In this document: positions 40,777-55,850 of the stretch, piece by piece
How positions within the stretch are numbered: position 1 is the first letter of the stretch
Layout: each line of letters opens with the position of its first letter
Assembly: GCF_009914755.1 (NCBI RefSeq)
Contig: NC_060926.1
Origin: the human T2T-CHM13v2.0 reference genome, Homo sapiens
DNA: 64,000 bases
Direction: 5' to 3' (one strand)
The notes under the pieces: model-generated
Database searches by the model: none
What the model was told of the DNA's origin: nothing
What the model saw: the letters and a program-made list of their open reading frames with translations, nothing else
Position numbers and translations under genes: made by a program

Positions 40777-42654
40777 GCGATTATTGGCATTTTTCCTCCA
40801 AAAATCAGTCATGTGTTTCTCCCCTTTCTATCTGCTTGTAAACACAGCCCGCTCTTGCTAAATCCATGTTCACAATATGTTCCCCATTTTAACCCTGTGT
40901 TAGCTTCCTCTCTACACCCAGCATAGCCTATGGCTTCCCCCTGCATCAACCAATCACATCTGCACCCAAGCAAAGGACCACAGATATTTTAACAGTAACC
41001 TAAAGAGAATAACCAAGGACAGGGATTTGTATGTGTGTTGCTTACTGTTACATTTCCAGTGTCTAAAACAGTAACTGGCACAGAGTGTGTTGATCAATAA
41101 ATATTTTGTTGTTGAATAAGGTAAACAGATTTGTAAACTTACACAGAATAAGCCAAAATACAATTATGTATTTTATTTGCTTACCTGCTACTTAAGATTA
41201 TTCATGGTATTAATAGAGTAGCACAATCAAGATTTTACAATAAACGAAATGTGAAAATGTATCTTTTAAAAATCCTTCTTTGATGGGCACTAGTGTTAAC
41301 ATCTGAGTAATTACTCCCCCAGAACTCATCTTTAAATGTTTAATTGTGTTTAAATAATAATAATACGGGTTAGCCTCTACTGTGATTTTTAGACTCAACC
41401 TGAACTTTCTGGTCATAAATAACGTCACACATTCTTAACTGTTAAAAAAAAAAAGTACCGTAGTCATTCTGATACTTCATTTAATATTACTATTTACAAT
41501 TATTTTCTATGTTTACTGAGAAAATGACTAGCACCATATGGACTAACTCAGAGGTATCCTGCTGAGATGCTATGCTTTATCAACAATATGCTAAATGCTG
41601 CTCTCCTTATGACAACCCCCAAACACTTTCTCTTCTAACAAGTGCTTTGCTTCACATTACAACCTTTCGTTAAGAAGTCAAGCTTGCTCTCTCCGTCCTC
41701 TGCTCTTTCTTCTTTGCCTCCCTCTCCTGTCCTATCCTTTGTGCTTGCTTACATACTAGCTAGGACAGGGGTCCTCCAAATTCAGCCTGGGGCTTGCTGC
41801 ATTTGGGGAAGAGACATTTGCAGGTTCCAAAATGGCCTGGATGTCAGCAGCAGTGCACATGGAAGAGGAAGGCGTTCCAGGACTCCTAGAGCACTGTGAT
41901 ATGCTAATCAGGACCCAGCCTCCACACTTGCCAACCCCCATGATGTGCGGCTCCTTCTGAGCTGCCCTGATGTAGCTGCCAAACCTGTGACCTACTTTCA
42001 CACAGCCTTGTGTTCCTGGCTCCCCACAGGCAATGCCCTTCCACAGGGTGGACTTGCTATCTGTTTTCTCAAAACTGGAACTCACATTGAGCCAGCCAGA
42101 TACCCTTTCAGCCTTTCAGTCCTACTGCCTGTGGAGCTTCAGTCATCATGTGTCAGCATTTTAAAAGCCACTCATTGTCACAGAGTTCTTCCCATCGCTC
42201 TTCTCCCACTAACATCTCCCCACCTTGCCTCCCACTCCCCCAGCATATGGTGAAGCAGGGCCAAGACAACTTGGGAAAGGTGTCTTGTTTTAAGATGCTA
42301 ATCTCCAGCTTTCTGTTCCGTTCTACCAGCTAGAGGCCTCTTTCATGTGAAGATCATATACTTTGGGCATCACAACTGCTGAAAAACTGTGGTTATTAAT
42401 TGCTCAAGTCAGGCTGGAAGATGTATTGATCTTTCCTCCCTCGGGGGCCCCGGTGTTTCTTGCCCATATCACTCACTTGGCAATTAATCACATTTTGCCT
42501 TGAGACATCTGCGGTTTCACTTTTGCCATTTTCCTTAGCTCTTTGTTCCCAACTGGCTGGTCCACTTGATGCACACAGGTTTTAGAGATTATCTGTCTCT
42601 GAGTTTTCCACAGTCCTACACAGTCCTACACAAACTGGGTCTCAAAAGTATTTT

Positions 42655-43904
42655 GGACTGACTTCTTGTCTGGAAAATTTCTTCCTGCTCCTCCCTGCTA
42701 AGCACAATGATAAACCCTGAAAATACCACAAGGGGCAGCCAAAGGTTCCATGTGAAAGGTGAAAAGAGTAAGGTAAACTAGTCAGAGACGCTGCCCTGCC
42801 AATAGAAGAAGGCAACCCGGACCTGGCATTTCCCAACCCACAGCCTATATACAGCAACAGAAGGCAGTCCCGGTAAGTGCATTCCTTCTGCAAATTGAAA
42901 GAGTCTCACCAACAAAACCAGGAGGGGTGGAATCCGCAAGGCGGATAGATCAATCACCCCACTGAAAAAACTTGGCCAGATGAAGCACTCTCCTACCTCT
43001 CTAGGCCTCAGATTCTCCTTCCCAACTCAGACCACCATGCAAGGGGGATCACCCAGCCCAGGAAGGGTTCTCCTTCCCTACCAGGCCTCAGAAACATGAG
43101 GCAGCTGGGCACACCAGAAAAGGGAATCCCACCATGAAAAGTACCCAGCCCAGGAAGCACTCTTTATCCATTTCCTTCTTATAGGCTACATACTCCACTG
43201 CTCCACATAATGCAGTAGGGAACCTGGCCTGACAAAAACTCCTTCCTCCTCCTCAAGCAGCTGCACCAGCAGCGCAAGATAAACCAAGCAGACCAAAGTA
43301 GCACTACAAAGGCTCTGAATGTTAAGTCATCCCTACAACTACAGTCCACAAAAGTAGCCTGTGTGCTAAATGTTAAAATGGAGACTCAAAATAATAGCCA
43401 GAATGTCAGGAGATGATAAAAAATCACCCATCATACCAAGAACCAGGAAAATCACAACCTGAATGGGAAAATACAATTAGATGATGCCAATGCTGAGATG
43501 ATCAGTGTTAAAATGATGACACAAGACTTTTAAAGCTGTCATCAAAAAAATACTTCAACAATGAACTATAAACTATCTTGAAACAAATAAAACCAAAATC
43601 TCAGCTGAAAGAGAAGTTAGAAAAATGAACAATATTGAAACTGTATAATTAAAAAATACTATAACAGAAATAAAAACTGACTAGATGGGCTCAATAGTAA
43701 AGTGGAGATGACAGAGGACAGAATCAGTGAACCTGAAGACATATCAACAGAATTTACTCAATCTAAACAGTAGAGAAAAAATACATCTCATTTGTCTTTT
43801 CCGTTTTTTTTAAATATTAGCAACATCCACACTGATATTTAACTTCTTTTTTAATCATTAGAGTACCAAAAGGGAAGAGGAAAGTATGGATGAAAGAGTA
43901 TTCA

Positions 43905-43944
<40 letters not shown>

Positions 43945-46010
43945 GCTGAAAATTTCTTAAATTTGGTGAAAGAAATAAACTCACAGATTGACGAAATCCA
44001 AATAGGATAAACAAACCCAAGCAAATCCACAACAACACACATCATAATTCAACTTCTAAGACCTCAAGACGAAGAAAAAACCTTAAAAGCAGCCAAAGAG
44101 AAAAGGTGCATTACCTCTAGGGGAGTAACAATTCATATGATAGTAGATTTCTTGTCCAAAACCATGGTGGCCAGAAAAAATGTCCCTGACATTTGTCAAA
44201 TACTGAAAGAAAAGAACTATCAACTGAATTCTATATTTGGTAACAATATTCCTAAAAAATGAAAGGGTAAATAAAGACATTCCTAAATGAAAGAAAAGAG
44301 CATTTGTACTAGCAAATCTACCCTTAATAAATGGCTAAAGAAAGTTCTCTAAACAGAAAAGATACACAGAACCAAGTTTGAAACTTCAGGAAAGTAAAAG
44401 AACATCAGAATGGCTAAAATTGATGGTTGAAGCAAAAATTATTGCAGCATCTGATGTGGTACACAATGTATATACAGGGAATACTTAAGACAATTACATT
44501 TAAAGAGAGGAAAGGATAAAGATACCCAAATGGCAGTCAGGTTTCTACATTCTACACGAGGTTTAACACTCATTCAAAGTGGTAAAACACTGATAGTGGC
44601 TGTGATATGTTTTTTATGTGTATTATCATACCTAGAGATACCACTAAGAAAAGTATACAAATAGATGTACTAAAAAACAAAAAAAAACCCCAAAAACAAA
44701 AATCACTGAAAACAAATCAACACAGAACCATTTTTTAAATGTTCAAATAACCCACAGACAATTAAGAAAATAGAAACAGAAGAATGAGGAGTCAGAAAAA
44801 CAATAAAAGACTTAGCCCAAACATATCAATAATTACCTTAAAAGTAAATAGTCTTAACAACCAAATAAAAGACAGAGATTGTCAGAGTGGATAAAATAAC
44901 ATGATCCAATAATATGCTGTCTATTAGAAACTGATTTCACATACAACTTCATATGTAGATTGAAAATAAAAGGATAGAAAAAGATATACCATACAAACAA
45001 ATAAAAAAAGGCAGAAATGGCTATATTAATATCAGATAAAGTAAACTTAAGAGCAAAGTAAAATACTAAAGACAAAGAAGAATGTGACATGATCATAAAA
45101 CAATCAATTGACTAGGAAGGTGTAACAATCCTAAAAGTATATGCACCAAACAACAGGGCCTCAAAAATTGATACAGCTGAAATGAGAAACAGATAAATCC
45201 ATAATTATAGCAGGGGACTTAAATACCCTACTTTCAGTAATAGTCAGAACTACTAGACAGAAAATCAGCAAGGATATAGAAGAAATGTACATCACAATCA
45301 ACCAAGATATAATTGACATATATTTTAAAACTCTACTCAACAGCAGAATACACATTTTTCAAGTGTTCATGGAACGAATGTTCATCATGATAGAGCATAT
45401 TCTGTGCTACAGAACAAAATTCTACAAATTTGAAAGAACTAAAATCACACAGAGCATGTTCTCTAGATCATAACAAAATCAAACTAGAAATCAATAACAC
45501 AAAGACAACAGAACAATCTCCAGATACTTGAAAATTAAACATTCATTTCTAAATACTGAATGGTTCAAAGATGACATCTCAAAAGTTATATTTAAAAATC
45601 CATAGAATGTAATAAATATAAAAATACAACACATCAAAATATGTAGCATGCAGCTAAAGTAATGCTGAGCGGGGAATTTACAGTACTAAATGCCTACATT
45701 AGAATGAGGAACTTCTAAAGTATTACATGCAAAAATTCTCCATAAAATATTAGCAAATTAAATCTAGCAATGTACAAAAAGAATTATGCACCATGATTTA
45801 TTTAGGATTTATTCCTAGGACACAAGGGCAACATAAGGGATCTTTGTGGTCATGAAACTCTTCTGTATCCTGACTGTGTTAATGTCAATATGCTCATGAT
45901 TGTGTTGTAAGATATTAGCACTGGAGGAAAATGGGTGAAGGGTACACAATCTCCTTGTGTTTTTTCTTACAACTGCATGTGACTCTACAATGATCTCAAC
46001 AATTAAAGCA
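42655..46010 (+). mobile_element. Old L1M with 5' region, ORF1, ORF2 endonuclease, a large internal deletion, then 3' UTR
   Basis: ORF1 motifs ('ctagatgggctcaatagta...gaatcagtgaacctgaagac', 'ttaaaagcagccaaagagaaaa'); ORF2 start about 44818 'cccaaacatatcaataattaccttaaaagtaaatag' (ISIITLNVNGLN-like); jumps at about 45720 and 45820 to an L1MC/MD-type 3' end 'tttcttacaactgcatgtgactctacaatgatctcaa'. Contains (AAT)n at 43905-43943. Confidence 0.88.
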
Positions 46011-47459
46011 CCTGTGGATGCTGACTATAATTCAACTCAGCCATCAATGTTTAAGCAATGTTATGTTATAGAAGACTGACAGTGTCGTGGTTGTTGATAC
46101 TCAGGGGTAAGACTCTCCAAAACTAGGATTTGAGATTGTTGTCTGAGATTTCAACTTTATAAACCACGCGAAATGAACAGAAGATGAAATACACAAATTT
46201 TCAAAAAAAATCACTATGATCACTATGATTGTTAGACATATAAGACTAGATTATAAGCTGACAGAACCCACCTATTCAAAGAAAGGACATGTGGCTCAGA
46301 AGGATGGTTGAAGAAACCATGCTAACAAAGAAACAAAGAAAGTGCACAGCATCCATCCCAACTACTTCCAGGGGAAAAGAAGCCTTAGTCAAATCTATTA
46401 CTAATACCCTGTTGGTAAGGCATCTGCACCATGGAGGAAGAAACACAAAATTGTATTCATTGGACTTCAATTATTCCAGTCCTGCTCTCTTTCCTGGAGT
46501 GCACAGTAGATAAATGAAAATATTTAGAAATCCACATTAAACTTGCATCGGAAAACTGAGAACAATAGCTGAAATTTATGGTTGTACACAGGTCTGCCTT
46601 TGCTTTTTTCCTCTAAGCCCGCCAAGATCACAATCCTATATTCTTTCCAAAGCCTTTTAGTCCTTTTCCTGTTTAAATGAATAAATTGACATTCTGGTTT
46701 CACATGTTTGTCGTATTAGTTTAGTTTATGTGAATCCACTCTCAAGAGTTTGGTGGCAAAACTAGCCTTCTGAGCCCAAGGCCCAGCCTATGGGCTGTGA
46801 GAAATTCACCACTGAAATGGCACCAACCACAGGTGACCCGTTAGAAGTGGGGCGAGCTCTCAAGATGACGGACATTCTTTCTGTTTTGTGGTCCAGTGTG
46901 ATCTTTCAAACCTACTAGTCATATTTCTGCCAAAACTAGCTAATTAGACATGGTGCTTTGTTCTTTGACTATATATATTAACACAAATGCCTCATGATGA
47001 GTAGAAATATACTATACATGAGATTTTTATTTTGACTAGCAAAAAATTTTGCATTTTTGTTTACTTTAAAGCACTACGAAAAATCCAAGATATTAAAATT
47101 ATTACAATAGACAATGAAATTATTTTCTTCCAATACCAGATTTTGATATAGACTTTTATTAATAAATTTATATTGAGTTTTCCAAACCACATCCATCTTT
47201 CTCTGTCAGGACTCCCACCTAGTTTCCTAATGCCCAGTGCTCAAGTAGCCTGTCAGGTAAAAAGCAACTAAATTAGATGGACTTAATAGGTTTGTACTTA
47301 AAGATAAAGTAAAACTTACATGGCTGTAATGGCCAAAGATTACAATTTACACAGATGAAATACTGCCTAAAGGGTCATTTGTTATTCATGGACAAAAAAT
47401 AATAATAATAACCTAGGGAAACTAAACCCAGAAAAGATGGTTTTAAAAGAAAATGAAGA

Positions 47460-48065
<606 letters not shown>

Positions 48066-48069
48066 AAGT

Positions 48070-49260
48070 TGGAAGTCAAAACATCCTATGTCCTGATGAC
48101 ATCACTGTGTTTCTTGGACTCTGCTGTCTTCCATACTGCAATTCTGCCTTCTCACAATTCTCACCCCAGCCCTTCCATTGCTCTTTCCCCCAGTCCTTCA
48201 CTTCTGTGTTTTTCCCCATCTCTTACCCTTATACACAGGTACACAGGTATTCCCCAAGGTTCCATTTTCAGCCCACCTCTGTAAATCCTGTCTCCCTCCC
48301 CCTCTTCCTCTCCCAATTTCTCTGCCTCTCTTGACCACCCCCCCGCCCCCAAGCACTTTAATGCTGATGACTTCCATCTTCACATCTTGCCTGATCCTTT
48401 CTCCTGAGTGCCAGTTCTAGGCTTCCAATGCCTGCCTGACTCTTTCCTATGGACGTTCCACTGTTGCATTAAATTTGAACCATTCAAAACTGGATTGGCA
48501 TCTTTCTCTATAACCTACCAGACACAGGGGTATGCTGGAGCTGGCTCAAACCAGCTTGTGAACTGACTGTGTCCATCTCTTCCCACCTCCACATTCAGTG
48601 GCACTGTCCTGGGGGCAGACTGAAATGGGCTTTGGTGAGGGCATTTACGCCATGGAAACTGGCAAACACAACAAGTAGAGCCCTTTGTTCACCAGAGAAA
48701 AAAGCACACCCTTGCTTATACGGTACCACCATATCCTTAAACAGCAAAGAAACTTGAAGCCATTTCAGGCACCTCACCCACCTTACCCTCCACATTTAAT
48801 TAATTACCAAGTTATTTGTATTCTACTTCTGAAATGACTCTCACACAGCCACTTTCTTTCCAGAACCAATGCCACTGCCTTAGCCCAAGGTCACCTGTGT
48901 GTGCCTACGCTCTTGCAACAGTTTCCTAGCTGGTGTCCCTGACTGCCGTCTTTTATAACACAATCCATCCCTCACACAGCCACAGGATTGTCTCACTTTC
49001 AACACAGCCTGCAACATACCATTCTGCTTTAATGTCTCACCATGTTCTAAAGAACAAAGCCCCAAAACATCTCAGCAACAGTAGATCATTCTGTGTTCCC
49101 TGACCACAAAAACATGCACCTATACACATCCATCTTTGCCCTGTCCCGAGTTCCCTCATCCTCCTCTCAAGGCCCACTCAGCTGAGAAGCCCCTTCCCAG
49201 CTCCCCTCAGTAAGAATGAACTAGTCCCTCCTCTATGCCTACATGACCTTTGTCTTGGTG
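48070..49260 (+). mobile_element. L2 (RT region onward), interrupted by MER63
   Basis: ORF 48069-48284 ends GIPQGSIFSPPL (L2 RT GVPQGSVLGPLL-like); 'atgctgatgacttcc' (YADD-like); pyrimidine-rich L2 body. Confidence 0.75.
48526..48714 (+). mobile_element. MER63A-like hAT element
   Basis: 'caggggtatgctggagctggctc...catctcttcccacctccacattcagtg...atttacgccatggaaactggcaaac...agcacacccttg'. Confidence 0.75.
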
Positions 49261-50475
49261 CCATCCTGTTCTTCTGGCCTCATGCTTTAGTGCCTCCCAC
49301 TTGCTCAACTTGGTCAGCAACTGACTTCATTTCCTTCCATTTTTAAAACATACTTTTGCCCTTAAGTGGATTCTATTTTCCTCTCAACCATGTATTTTCT
49401 TCATTTTGCTTCCCTAACCCAATTGCAATTATCCCCAAACCATAAGCATCTACAGAGTTAAGGATGCCTACTCTGTCTGTCACAATCATGCAAGATGAAA
49501 GGATGTTTAACCCCAGGCTGGGTGTTCCAAGTGGCTGCAATTAAAGCAAATCTTTTTTTTCTCCACTTTGGTTGACTCTATGATTAAAAAAGAAAATGAT
49601 TTCATTAAAGATAATTTAGTTGACATTTCTGCTTTGGTACAACTAGGAGTTGAGATGGCTTTCACTGCCCTGAAATAATTTAGCATGCAGGAACATCAAG
49701 AAACAAGGAGCAGGAGTGCCATCAACATAGACGAGAAACGAGAAACACAAAGGGAGCCACAGGGGACAAATGGCCCATGGTTAAGTTTGGTTTGTCATAA
49801 AAGGCATGGGCAGCCACAACAGCTTCCGGCTAGAAGGTGCATTGGCAACCTTCCTCCTGCCTTTCCCTTTATAAGTTTCACCTCCCTCTACCTCTCTTTG
49901 CTCCCCACTTCTTAAGCAACTGAAGAGACATCTTCTTCATCATGTGCCAAAATTTAGCAATGTGCCACTGCAAAGAAAGAGAACCACAGGCTCCAGGGTC
50001 CTAAGTGAGATGAGATGAAAAAGCAGCAAGAGGGAGTGTGGCTGCAGAAAGAGCACAGCAGGCTCTGGAGTCGGGCGGAACAAACTGACTTCTGCCCCAC
50101 ACTCCTGCTGTCCTCATAAGATCCAAGAAGAAGCAATGGAGTGTGGGAGCAGTTTTCTGGCTTCTTTCTCTCCATTGCTTGGGTATAAGGGAGAGGAGAA
50201 GATGGAGGTGCACTGCCCCAGCACATATTCCGCCTCTCTTGTTAATGACTCCCCATGGGTGTCAGGCCACAGCATCACTCCATTTCTACCCTCAGAGGTG
50301 ACACACAACTTCATGTTCTCTTTGGGTGACTAGTGACCTCAGTTCACTTTGAACAAAACGTACTCACTGGTATGAAGATCCATGTTTGGACAACTCCTCT
50401 CACATATGGGATGGAGTAAACTCCTTTGTCTATGAAGACAGATTATTTCTTATTAATGGAAAGTTATTAACCTGA

Positions 50476-50852
<377 letters not shown>

Positions 50853-51269
50853 AAATCTAGATACAAATTTTAAAATTAACACCTACCAATACAAATAATT
50901 TTTAGTATTTCTAAGTCTGAATATCCATTTAGTATCTTTTATAATTAGAACTTATGAAATTTTACACAGAATTATCAGAAAAGTGTCCCACATTTGTATA
51001 ATGTTCTCCTCTTGCAGGCATTCTCTGTCTCAGTCTCATAGCAGTTCTCTGTGCTGCTCTCCGAATGCTGCAGGAGAAGAAACAACATATCGCATAATAG
51101 CAGACGAATGGTGATCTGCTCTGTGAGAGGTAAAGACATTTTCTGATAAGGGATAAAGGAAGAAAATGGCAAAAAGCACAGACGCAAAAAGATGTGCTCT
51201 CTAGTTTTTCTTTAGGGCATTTACTCGATAGCTAACAACAGACTGGGGTTGTCCGTGTACCGTCCTGAA

Positions 51270-52520
51270 GGGAGAGGTGTCCCCATCTTCTCCACCTGTG
51301 ACCCAGAGACGTTCCTTCTCTTTCCAGATCATCATCCTGACCCTCTCCCCTGACCATCCTTTCTCCCCTTCTGCTTTCAAACAATCACAGATCTTCTACA
51401 GCTTGAAACAGCCACTGATTAGTGCTGCTGCTTTTCTAGAAAACATCTCCCTCCCTCACCTCCCGTTTCCTTTCTTCATTACTAAGTTTGGTTTAGAATC
51501 AATATCTCTATTTCATCATCACCCACCCACACACTTTGACTTCCTTCATGAGCTGGCTCAAATTCTTTATTAAACTATTTTTATTGCTTGCATAAAAGTC
51601 AACGACAAGCTTCCCTTCACCACAGAAACGAGCCTTCCTCATAGCCTCTCCAGGCATGGGACAGTTTCCCCTGCCCCACTCCTTCCGGACATGCTCCCCT
51701 TCCTGCACGTCCAAGCCTCTAACCCTCCTTCTCCTCCCTTTCCTATTGGGGTCTACCGTTGCCCCTAGTGACGCAGGGGCTTTGACGTGGAGTTCTTAGC
51801 CTCCTGCTCTTTCTTCTCTATGTCTCCTTCCTGAAGAGCCTGAACCACTGTGCGGATGAAGACATGGGGGAGGCGTGTCTCACGCACCTTTGCTCTACCT
51901 CCCGGGCTTCCTCAGCACTCACTGCTTGAGATCCTCAACCGTCAACCTGGCTTCTCCATGCTCACAAGGCTTGCACTCCCTAAGTTTCCTAAGTGTCTAC
52001 GTCTATAATACGAGCATTGAAATATCTTTCCTGCCTGATCCAGAGGGTGGTTGGAATAATGGAATGGTTTTTAAATCTTCATAAACACCTACAGTATTGG
52101 CATATCAATTATCCTACCAACCCCCTGACTCTAAATAACTCTTTTTATTAAGCCACAAGATCTAAATCCTCTCCAATTTGTTCTCCCTTCACCTCGGTGG
52201 GATGGTGAATCTCCAGGTCCTAGGGTTTTCCTCTGATGTGTCTCACAAGCCCATTCTTGCCCGTCCAGTTCCTCTTTCCTCACTCTTTCTGCCCAGGTCT
52301 CCGTCCGCCAGGACTTGCTGCCTGCAATAGTTGCCTAATTCACACATTTCCAATTTTCCCTCTTTGATCCATTCTGCTACCCCCAGAATAATCTTCCTAA
52401 ACCTTAATTTCTACCACATCTCATCCCATTCCCTAAAATGATTATAGTTCCCACTATGGCCAGGAAAATATCCAAACTCTTCTGGCTGACTCTCAAATTC
52501 TCTACAATATAACCTTTTCT
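51270..52520 (+). mobile_element. Degraded L2
   Basis: Pyrimidine-rich with L2 motifs ('aatagttgcctaatt', 'cagaataatcttcctaaac', 'tccaaactct'). Boundaries approximate. Confidence 0.55.
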
Positions 52521-53599
52521 CTCCAGCCAAAATTATTTCCAAGTCATTCCAAAGCCACAACCCACAACCCACTACTCCTAAATGTAAATGTCATAACTCC
52601 CTTTGCAGCTCCATGTGTGTGCCTGTGTCTACGTTTTAAATTTATTTTGCATAATTCACACTGTGCAGTCCACTGTTGACTGAGCATGTAGTTTTGATCC
52701 ACTTTGTATTGAAAACTCTAAGCAGGGTAATATGATCATAAAATATAATTTGAAGGGCATTTTGGTTTAAATAATGACTCACCATCGAGCCCTCCATTGG
52801 GGAGTCAGGCCCAGAGCCAAACCAAAAAAAATGAGCGACAAGAGTCAATGCATTAGTTAGAGGCTTCAGCTCAGTATGACTGATCTGGAAACATATCCTG
52901 ATGCCTGGTTAAGAAAGCTTTATGGCAGAAAAAAAAGAAAAATTTGAACTGATGTCCTCTGTCTAAATCATGAATAGGAAAGCAAAAAAGCTTGATGTGT
53001 CTGTTTTAAAAATAAAAGAAGGCTAAATCCATTAACAGGTGAAACAACTGACAACGGACCCACATCAAGCCAGAGTCCTTCTCAGCATCACAGAAATCTC
53101 CTTACCTAGGGCCAGCTGACCATCTGCCAGATGGCTAGTGGTTCTAAGAAATCCACCAGGGACCAAAAGCAGGGGACTATAAGATTAGGCATCACACAAA
53201 TGTATTCCAAATCCTGGAGCTGGGGTCACTGATAGTCTACTACAGAAATCAAAAGAGGTGCCTCAGAAGACACAGGCTGGCTTCACAGTCATCCATGTGT
53301 CTACCCTGAGATCTCAGAGGTCACAGGAAGACCCAAAGATCTATCCAGCAGAAACATTTGGACAGAAGCAAGTCCAAGAGAATTCTTTATATTCACAGCT
53401 GCTACAGTTGGTCAACTCTTGATTCAGGCAGGTTTCAAGCAAGTCCTTCTTCCCTCCCTGGTCTGCACAGGGGTGATTTTAGGGAATCATAAGGGAAGAA
53501 GGGGACGTTTAGAAAAAGACAAAGAGTGACACCACACACAGAGTTTCATGGAATGTCCATATTGCTTGCCTTTTCATCACAGATAGTATTTTACCTCAT

Positions 53600-53835
53600 T
53601 AGTTCATTCATTTGACACACAGTTATTGGGCCTTTATGGTATGCTAGGCATTTTTAGGTGCCAAGGATATAGCAATAAACAAGACAGACACAGCCCTTAG
53701 TTTGTTAAGGAAGCAGGCAATAAGTCAGCAAATGAATAAGATAATTGCAGACAGTGCTAAGTGATATGAAGAATCTGTAAGTCTACAAAGAATGGAGAGT
53801 GACTGTAGAGTGGTCGGGAACTTTAAGCATGGTCA
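53600..53835 (-). mobile_element. L2 3' end
   Basis: 'ttcattcatttgacacacagttattgggcc..tatgctaggca..ggatatagcaataaacaagacagac'. Confidence 0.75.
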
Positions 53836-54739
53836 AGGAAGGAACAGGAAGGAGGCAAAGATATGCCCCCAACTCCTCGCTCAACTCCCAGAGATGAGAG
53901 GTGCCTCTTGGCTCCAGCTCTGCAGCCACTTCTGCTCAAAAGGTACGCTGCGTTGCTTTCTTTATTCCTTTGTTAAACCTGGCACCAGCAAAACAGGCAC
54001 CTCAACACCTATAAATGGTTAGGAATAGATGGGCATGCAAGCTTTTCTCCTCTACTGATTTTACTGGGCATAATAGTAGGCTTTTTGATATACTTGATCT
54101 GATCAGAAATAAACCCGAAAACAACACATGATACCTGTAATTGTTTTCCCTGGTTTACCTTGTGTCATTTCTAAGGCTTAGATTCCCATGACCCCCAGCT
54201 GTTCTCCACTGAGTGCTCACTGTAGAGAAAGTTGCTCTTCTTTTTCTTCCTGTTCTCTAGACGCACTTACCTCTCTAACTCTGGTCTACGCCTCCTTATC
54301 AAGGCACAGATGCAGCTAAAAAGCATTCCACCTGCTCCCTAGCAAAGGACTTCTTTGTTAAGCTTTGACATAAGGAGGGAAAACAGAGACCTCAGGACTT
54401 CTACTGTGTTGACATTGTTTTAAGCAAGGTGGGAAAAGAGAACAGATAAGCAAGTCGTTCTACTGGCTCCACTTTCCCACCACCTAAGTCAATTCAGAGT
54501 ATTTCCCGAACATTTTTTACCCATAGATTCAGATTACCCCTAAGACAGATGGTTATGGTTTATTCCGTTTTGTGCACACAGGGGTAAAAGTCACTTAAAA
54601 TTGGACTCAAATTACTTCAAAGTTTGATACCTGCCAATCACCATTTCATCTTGGGTATACAAAACCATACTGCATAAGCTCCAATTGCCTGATTCTAATT
54701 TTCAATGTTTTCCCCTTTTTAGGTAAATACCATCTTCAG

Positions 54740-55850
54740 TTTTTTTTTCCTTTTTTTTTTAATGAGCAGTTTAATGGAAAATAATTGCTCCAGGTACAGG
54801 TCTTCTAGGCACATTTTGTCTCTGCAGCTATTGTTTTAATTAGTGGGCCTGCTTGTTCGCTGTCCCTTTGTTGTGGCCCGCTCTGGGGCAGGGGTGCCCG
54901 GGGAGGGTTCCTCTTGTGGAACGCAGGCGTTAATGAGCCATTTCAGTAATAAGAGTCCTGCCTTGAGCCAGAAGTCAGAGCACCCAAGACACCCCAAGCA
55001 GCAGAAATGCTCATGAATTTCTGAAACTGCCTTTCTAATTTGCATTTAAACATAACTTCCAAAGAACAATTTCACCTGTGATTTTCTGAGCTGGAAAGGT
55101 AAGGGACTTTAGATGTTGAATATGTACAAATTATGTTAATATAACGGAGGTAAATGAAAGTCAAATGCATTGTCATGTAAAATGTAGACGTCTTTTCTAA
55201 ATGTCTATTTTCTACCAAGGCTTGTTTTATTTTCCCCCTAAGTGAAATGTGATAATTTTTTTTAATTAAGTGAATCTCTATAATAATTCCTATTTGATTG
55301 AAACTGATTATTCCTCATTTTCCTGTAACCTAGACTTCGGAAACCTCAGCAAGAGGAGGCTTAGTTGGTGCCTGGTGACTTCCTACAATGGATTGAAACC
55401 AATCTAATTTAACACCTGTGTGCTCATCAATAAGTGTACTCAAGCACAAAAGTGAGCACAGTGTTGAGCGATTCTGACACTGACTGCATGACAACCACAG
55501 ACTCTGTATCCAAACACTCGCAGACAAGAAGCTAATTGCAGTGATGAAAGGCACACCACTAAAAGCATGAGTAATCGCTGCAGTGATGCACAGATAACCC
55601 TCTCTCCTTTACTACCAGGGTGCTGCGGCATTTATCTCAAACCTGTCTCTACCCAATCTGACAACCTTTTGTCTCTCTGACCAATGGAAAATGGAAATGA
55701 TTTTTCACTACTGTTCCCGCAGCAGTGAAGGGTCTCTTCTGAGTGTGGAGATTTAGTTCAACAGTTGAGTATAAAACAAATGCAAAAGCTGACATTTGTC
55801 ATCCATGGCAGAAATAAAAGGCTAATTAATGAGATCTGTTGGAGTCCCTT
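54740..55850. promoter_or_regulatory. Candidate conserved non-coding element / developmental enhancer
   Basis: No recognisable repeats; dense TAAT cores (ttaatgag, tttaatgg, tttaattag, gttaatgagcc, gctaattgc, gctaattaatgag), octamer ATTTGCAT 55038-55045, SOX/TCF-like ctttgtt and acaatgg, TGACA sites. Conservation is inferred, not measured. Confidence 0.5.

Noticed and set aside
42611-42632. Short tandem duplications (cagtcctaca x2; also 3145-3170, ~24486-24506, ~46211-46229)
   Set aside because: Ordinary 9-13 bp slippage duplications with no sign of function.
50975-51187. Exon-like segment with splice-site look-alikes on both strands
   Set aside because: The plus-strand candidate has stops in all three frames; the minus-strand peptide is unrecognised and lacks a good donor site.
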